Below, in pieces: positions 59,429 to 64,000 of a stretch of DNA of 64,000 bases. A program made the position numbers and the translations under genes. A model generated the notes under the pieces. It had not been told where the DNA came from. It made no database searches and saw nothing but the letters and a program-made list of their open reading frames with translations. How positions within the stretch are numbered: the first letter of the stretch is position 1; each line of letters starts with the position of its first letter. This stretch comes from Candidatus Nanoarchaeia archaeon (lineage in GTDB: Archaea; Nanobdellota; Nanobdellia; Pacearchaeales; GW2011-AR1), in contig DASZSY010000003.1 of the NCBI GenBank assembly GCA_035548435.1, forward strand, positions 5,311 through 69,310, in the 5' to 3' direction.

Positions 59429-60064
59429 TTATTCATGTTTTTCCTCTGTTTCAGGGGCTTTTTTCTTGCCTCTAACTCTCACTTTTGCGTATTTTGACAG
59501 TTTTTCCTTCATTTCGTCAGGTATAAACACTCTCTTTTTCCCATTTTTCTCTAAAAGCTCCTCAATTAGGCCCTCACTCTTCTGTTTTATCGCATTTATT
59601 TGCCCTCTTACAGTTGATCTCTCTTTCCCGAGAAGAAGTGCTAAATCTTCATAACTCAGCTTCATTTCGCTCTGTAAAAGTGTAAATATTATTAATCTTT
59701 CATTTGAACTTAAACTCTTCAAAAAATCAGAAAAATTGCCTGTTTGAACAGGTGTTTGAACACCTTCTTGAACAGCTTGGACAGCTGTTTGTTTGCCCAA
59801 AACAGCCGAATTTTTCAACAGCTGTTTGTTTTCAGCGTTCATTTCTACCAGATCAATTCCCTCTCTTAGCGAGTCCACCTCTGTTCTAATCGACGATAAA
59901 TCTCTTTTTATTTCAGAAAGTACATCAAACAGCTGTTTGTCGGTCTCATCAAGGTGTTTAATCCACTTTCCAACCTTCTCAATATCTTCCTTAACCAAAG
60001 AAAATGATTTCTTAGTTTCTTCCTCTAATTTTTTATTGTTCTTACCAAATAACCATCTAAACAT
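59429..60064 (-). CDS. Paralogous coiled-coil + QTAVQAVQ low-complexity + wHTH protein
   Basis: SSNERLIIFTLLQSEMKLSYEDLALLLGKERSTVRGQINAIKQKSEGL, homologous to the 58565..59209 C-terminus; convergent arrangement. Confidence 0.4.
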   Translation of the reverse strand: MFRWLFGKNNKKLEEETKKSFSLVKEDIEKVGKWIKHLDETDKQLFDVLSEIKRDLSSIRTEVDSLREGIDLVEMNAENKQLLKNSAVLGKQTAVQAVQEGVQTPVQTGNFSDFLKSLSSNERLIIFTLLQSEMKLSYEDLALLLGKERSTVRGQINAIKQKSEGLIEELLEKNGKKRVFIPDEMKEKLSKYAKVRVRGKKKAPETEEKHE

Positions 60065-60477
60065 AATTGTATACCAACATCCAGGCTATATAAATATTGC
60101 GCTTTTAGAGCTTAAAAACACATATTCCAACACATCTTCTAAGTAGTAAATAAACAGCATTATCTGTACTATTTATTGACTTAAACACCCTTATTTAGTT
60201 AACAAACAGCTGTTTAATCACCTCTAAACAGGCATTTTTTAGCCTCAAAACACCTGCCCATTTTCAAAATTTTTCTTTTCTAAAAATCAAACAAAAAACA
60301 GCACTTCCAACACCCCAAAAATAAAACCAACAGCCAGCCAAACACCCCTCAAACACCTGTTTGATCTGAAAAAACAACCTAAAAGACCAAAAAAACATGG
60401 GGAAAAGTATATAAACTAAAGAGTTTTATGGTATATATGTCCTTAATCTTCAAAAACTTGAAAGGAGGGATGAAAAA

Positions 60478-60663
60478 ATGAACACAGTTGACTGGATTGC
60501 ACGAGTTCTCGTCATTGTTGGAGCACTAAATTGGGGATTTGCTATATGGGACTTTAACCTTGTAATGACCCTATTTGGCTCAGTATCATGGCTTGTAACT
60601 TTAGTATATGCTCTAGTTGGTCTATCAGGTGTCTGGGAAGTAGTAAAGCTATTCCAGAACTAA
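60478..60663 (+). CDS. DUF378-like small membrane protein
   Basis: Two TM helices with the ALNWGF element. Confidence 0.45.
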   Translation: MNTVDWIARVLVIVGALNWGFAIWDFNLVMTLFGSVSWLVTLVYALVGLSGVWEVVKLFQN

Positions 60664-60686
60664 GGACCTAAACAACCTTTATTTTT

Positions 60687-60959
60687 TTGTTTATCTTAGA
60701 TTTTATGAAGATTATGCAAACAAAACGCTCTTTTCGCCTTGAGTTTAAGCGTCAAGTTCGTTTGGCAGTGACTGCAGCTATTGGTTTTTCCATAGCCTAT
60801 GCCTGGAGACAAGCGATTTTTGACACTTTTCAAAGTTTTGTGGTCCGTTTCCTTGATGTCCCAGAAGGACATTACCTGTCTGAAAATTATACTGCCCTAG
60901 CAATCACCCTTGCAGGAGTATTAGTCATACTTTTAACCTCTAAAGTGTTAAAAGATTAA
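60687..60959 (+). CDS. Small 2-TM membrane protein
   Basis: AIGFSIAYAWRQAIFDTF aligns with AAFGLVAALAWNGAIQSLF of the next ORF. Confidence 0.35.
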   Translation: MFILDFMKIMQTKRSFRLEFKRQVRLAVTAAIGFSIAYAWRQAIFDTFQSFVVRFLDVPEGHYLSENYTALAITLAGVLVILLTSKVLKD

Positions 60960-61009
60960 GTTAAATTAACCTTATTTTCCTTAAGATCAATCTGAAAGGA
61001 GGGTAAAAA

Positions 61010-61228
61010 ATGAAAAAAGAAGTATTAGAAAAGATAGAAACCTTTGTAACTGCAGCTTTCGGACTAGTTGCAGCTCTTGCTTGGAATGGAGCAATTCAAT
61101 CTCTTTTCGCAGATGGAGGAGCATTACACTTTCTAGCTGCTGGAGGGCCTTGGGTTTACGCTGTTTTAGTCACAATTATCGCAGTGTATGTTACAATTGT
61201 AATAAGCAAGATCAAACCAACCAAATAA
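61010..61228 (+). CDS. Small 2-TM membrane protein (paralogue of 60687..60959)
   Basis: See previous feature. Confidence 0.35.
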   Translation: MKKEVLEKIETFVTAAFGLVAALAWNGAIQSLFADGGALHFLAAGGPWVYAVLVTIIAVYVTIVISKIKPTK

Positions 61229-61229
61229 A

Positions 61230-61364
61230 ATGGCAAAAAAGAACACCTCAGCTATCCTTTCAGTTATAGCAGGAATATTGGTCCTTGTTTTCCCATCTTT
61301 TTTGGCATGGGCAGTTGGACTTTATCTTTTGATAACTGGAGGCCTAGAACTACTAGGCAAATAA
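61230..61364 (+). CDS. Mini membrane protein (44 aa), not in ORF track
   Basis: Hand translation gives MAKKNTSAILSVIAGILVLVFPSFLAWAVGLYLLITGGLELLGK; it starts 2 nt after the previous stop. Confidence 0.3.
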   Translation: MAKKNTSAILSVIAGILVLVFPSFLAWAVGLYLLITGGLELLGK

Positions 61365-61429
61365 AAGCAAGTCATAAATTACTTGCTTAAACTTTTTATT
61401 TATTATTAAAACTTTCAGCATACACCAAT

Positions 61430-61442
61430 AGTTCGCATTAAT
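61430..61442. repeat. Dispersed intergenic motif AGTTCGCATTAAT (copy 1 of approx 7)
   Basis: The same or near-identical 13-mer occurs at 61651-61663, 62567-62579 (AGTTCGTATTAAT), 62495-62508, 59254-59275, 62003-62015 and 63203-63215 (TTCGCTTAATAT variants), always intergenic. Confidence 0.4.
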
Positions 61443-61782
61443 CGCATTTTTCTTAATTTTTTATTGCCTTCTTAAATCTTTATCAATCCTTTAATAGTTC
61501 TAAAACCTCTGTTTTTTGGAGGTAGATCATGGCAAAAAAAGCAAAACCAGCAAAACCACAGGATGCCCAACAACCTGCACCAACACCAGCAAACTAATAA
61601 TTTAGTTGGTAAAACAACATAAAAACTGCTTTATTTTTATTCATTTTACAAGTTCGCATTAATTTTTACCCCTTTCCCCTTCCAAAGAACAATTACCTTA
61701 ATAGTCTAGGAGGCGCGAAGCGCCGACTCGCGCCGACCTTCCAGAACCAAAAGTATATTAAGTTGAAGGTTCTAAATAGAAA

Positions 61783-61989
61783 ATGACTTTACTAACTAAG
61801 ATCAAAGAAATTACTCTAGTAGATTGGATTTTCATCCTTCTAGGAGTGGCTAGCTTAATTGTCTCAATTCTAGCTTATATTCATGCAAATGATGCAATAA
61901 CTCAGGTAAATAATCTTTATACTTCCGGCAATAATTTAGTATCTAATACTGGGGACAGCTCATTTGTGCTTGCCACCATTGGTCAATAA
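61783..61989 (+). CDS. Small membrane-anchored protein
   Basis: One TM helix. Confidence 0.3.
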   Translation: MTLLTKIKEITLVDWIFILLGVASLIVSILAYIHANDAITQVNNLYTSGNNLVSNTGDSSFVLATIGQ

Positions 61990-62077
61990 GGGTTATTTTA
62001 CCATTCGCTTAATATATCTTGTGCGAAGTTTTAGCCTATTTTAGGGTCTTTTTGACCATAATTGGAGAAAGCTAGTA

Positions 62078-62398
62078 TTAAACAGACAACTCTCTAAGAG
62101 CTTTATTATCGTTCAAATGTTTTTCAGATAAAATCCTTTGTAAATTAACATCTTTTTTGTTATATATTGTAAACTTCAATTTTTGAGTTGATTCTACCTT
62201 TTTACTAGAGTTTAGATCTGCTAATTTCTCTAAACCGGGAATTCTAACACTTACATTACCTGTCTTATCTTTCGCAGTTAAAACAGATAGCTCAAACTCA
62301 ATAGGGCCCTGAATAGTAAATTTTTCAGGTGTAGCAGAGTCTATTTTTTCCAGAGTTTTTTTGATAAAGTCTTGCAAATCCACATCTTCTTCGTTCAT
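62078..62398 (-). CDS. Hypothetical protein
   Basis: 106 aa; no motif. Confidence 0.3.
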   Translation of the reverse strand: MNEEDVDLQDFIKKTLEKIDSATPEKFTIQGPIEFELSVLTAKDKTGNVSVRIPGLEKLADLNSSKKVESTQKLKFTIYNKKDVNLQRILSEKHLNDNKALRELSV

Positions 62399-62715
62399 AA
62401 AATCATAAGCTAATAGTGACTAATAAATCTTTCTATATAGCGTAATCTTTCTAAAATCTCTTAAAACTTTCAGCATAGGATTAAACAAGTATAAAGTTCG
62501 TTTTATTATATTAAAATTATAGCGTAATGTTTTAGCTTATGATAGAAATGTTAAGCATAGACAATAAGTTCGTATTAATTAAAGTTTTAATATCTTTAAT
62601 TTGGAACCAAAATAGAAAAGATAAAAAGAAGAAGAGTTTAGACATTATATACCTTCCTAGTTGTATTTTCAACTATAGCAATCTTTAAAACCTTTAGAAA
62701 ACGTTTAAGATTTTA

Positions 62716-63057
62716 ATGAGGTATGATTCTATTCAGACAGTTAAGGATTATCTTGATGCTGTTGCTCTTTTAAAACAAGGGACAGTAGGAGATGACTATA
62801 GAGAAGCCTCAAAACATCTTGCTTCTTTAGCTTCAAAGTTGATATTTAGAGCAATAGGTCATCAAGTCACTGGAAGAGGTCATAGAGATTATAAGCTAGA
62901 TGGGGAAGTTTTACTAACTAGGTCAGTAACTCCTTCAACTCCAATAAAAGATTTACCTATAGTACTTGTTGATCCTGGAGATTATGATCTTGGATCAAAA
63001 GTTAGCATATTTGCAAATAACCACTTAAGTGACAGAGTTGTTGCTATAGCAAGTTAG
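62716..63057 (+). CDS. Hypothetical protein
   Basis: 113 aa; no motif. Confidence 0.3.
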   Translation: MRYDSIQTVKDYLDAVALLKQGTVGDDYREASKHLASLASKLIFRAIGHQVTGRGHRDYKLDGEVLLTRSVTPSTPIKDLPIVLVDPGDYDLGSKVSIFANNHLSDRVVAIAS

Positions 63058-63278
63058 AATTATCTTTTAAGAAAAGCTGAAGCTACCCAAGCAAATGCTA
63101 CAATGCAGAATCCAACTATGGTTCCTGCGAAAGCCTGCTTTGCAGTTATTTTTTGTGCCTTCATATCCTAAAGAAGAATTTATCTCTTTTAAAGCTTAGC
63201 ATGTTCGCTTAATATCTTAAGCAATGACAGCAATCTTTAAGCTTTGGCCTTATAAATTCAACAAAATCAGGTATTTTC

Positions 63279-64000
63279 TTACTTTTTATCGTTTTTTATC
63301 TGCTTATACAAATGGTCAAAATATTCATTTTTATTGGTTTTAGACATTCTTTCAACAATCAATTCAGGGGTTGATCTTGCAAGTTTACCTAAAACAGGAT
63401 TGTGGTTTACTATAAGCTCAAACTTTTCATTAAGTCCTATTGCTTCTATTCCATCAATTCTAGTATTTGCAGGCTGTTGTTTCTGAAGTTCCTGCCCTAA
63501 GTGAGTAGCGATGACCATATAACATCCCCTAGGAACAAAATACTCTATAGTTGCTTGCATTATTCTACCAGCAACTCCAGGTTCTGTAACTGCCTCAACT
63601 TCATCAGCTAAAATAATCGTTTGTTTTCCAGGTTTTATTGTTGCAAGCTGTGTTAAAAGGGTTTCAAAAGCTCCCTTACTTGCAGATCCTTTGTTTTTGG
63701 CAAAGTAATATACTTCAGAGAAAATAGGGGTCTTTATTCTGCCTTCAGAAGGAAGGCCAAGGTTAGATTGAACAATTATTTGTATTATGTGTTCAAGAAG
63801 AGTAGTCTTTCCTCCACTATTTGCTCCAGTAAGTATTGAACAAGGGAATTTCTCTGAAAGGTGGAAGGATATTGGTTCTGCCCTGTCAATTAATTTATTT
63901 TTAGATTCTTCAATAACTAATTCTGTTGATATTTCTATTCTATCGTTGTTGTTTGCAATTTCTCTTCCTATTCCTCCAACGAAATCAAGGTAAATTAGGT
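63279..64000 (-). CDS. MutS-family ATPase (MutS2-like), N-terminus beyond window edge
   Basis: Hand translation upstream of the track ORF stays in frame with no stop: ...CSILTGANSGGKTTLLEHIIQ (Walker A) ...TIILADEVEAVTEPGVAGRIMQATIEYF...MVIATHLGQEL (Walker B and TH motifs). Confidence 0.6.
   Translation of the reverse strand, partial: LIYLDFVGGIGREIANNNDRIEISTELVIEESKNKLIDRAEPISFHLSEKFPCSILTGANSGGKTTLLEHIIQIIVQSNLGLPSEGRIKTPIFSEVYYFAKNKGSASKGAFETLLTQLATIKPGKQTIILADEVEAVTEPGVAGRIMQATIEYFVPRGCYMVIATHLGQELQKQQPANTRIDGIEAIGLNEKFELIVNHNPVLGKLARSTPELIVERMSKTNKNEYFDHLYKQIKNDKK

Noticed and set aside
63060-63164. 34-aa minus-strand single-TM ORF (MKAQKITAKQAFAGTIVGFCIVAFAWVASAFLKR)
   Set aside because: There is no supporting motif or conservation evidence. 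It could equally be non-coding 3' UTR between convergent genes. It is noted only here.

Overview
The 64-kb window is AT-rich (roughly 30-35% GC by eye) and densely packed with short genes. The gene content is archaeal: PolD small and large subunits, Orc1/Cdc6, RadA, RPA, Hef/XPF, ribosomal proteins S3Ae, L44e, S15P and S27e, aIF2-alpha, aEF-1beta, SRP54, Bud32, archaeal TyrRS, and a tRNA-Gln with A1:U72. The profile fits a small-genome euryarchaeal or DPANN-like archaeon.

Blocks by position:
- 0-19 kb: information-processing genes plus two tRNAs.
- 19.4-32.8 kb: a large type-IV-pilus-like locus, with a prepilin peptidase, ten tandem class-III-signal-peptide (pilin-like) genes, a PHP phosphoesterase, a FlaJ/TadC-like platform protein and a 757-aa FlaI/VirB11-like ATPase.
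- 33.8-36.9 kb: three tandem paralogous membrane proteins, a PRC-barrel protein and a papain-fold (CHAP-like) protein.
- 37.6-40.8 kb: a split Hef helicase and XPF nuclease.
- 47.5-54.0 kb: an orc1/cdc6-polD(small)-polD(large) operon directly abutting an extremely AT-rich intergenic region with ORB-like dyads, the predicted oriC.
- 54.8-58.1 kb: an Lhr helicase with a metallophosphoesterase partner.
- 58-63.3 kb: a loosely packed region of tiny membrane proteins and wHTH proteins, with several unusual dispersed or iterated sequence motifs.

Two SET-domain proteins, a 2OG-Fe(II) oxygenase and a beta-lactamase-like serine hydrolase are also present. No CRISPR array, rRNA, integrase or transposase was seen. 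Two small pilin-like ORFs and two edge-truncated genes missing from the ORF track were added by hand translation.
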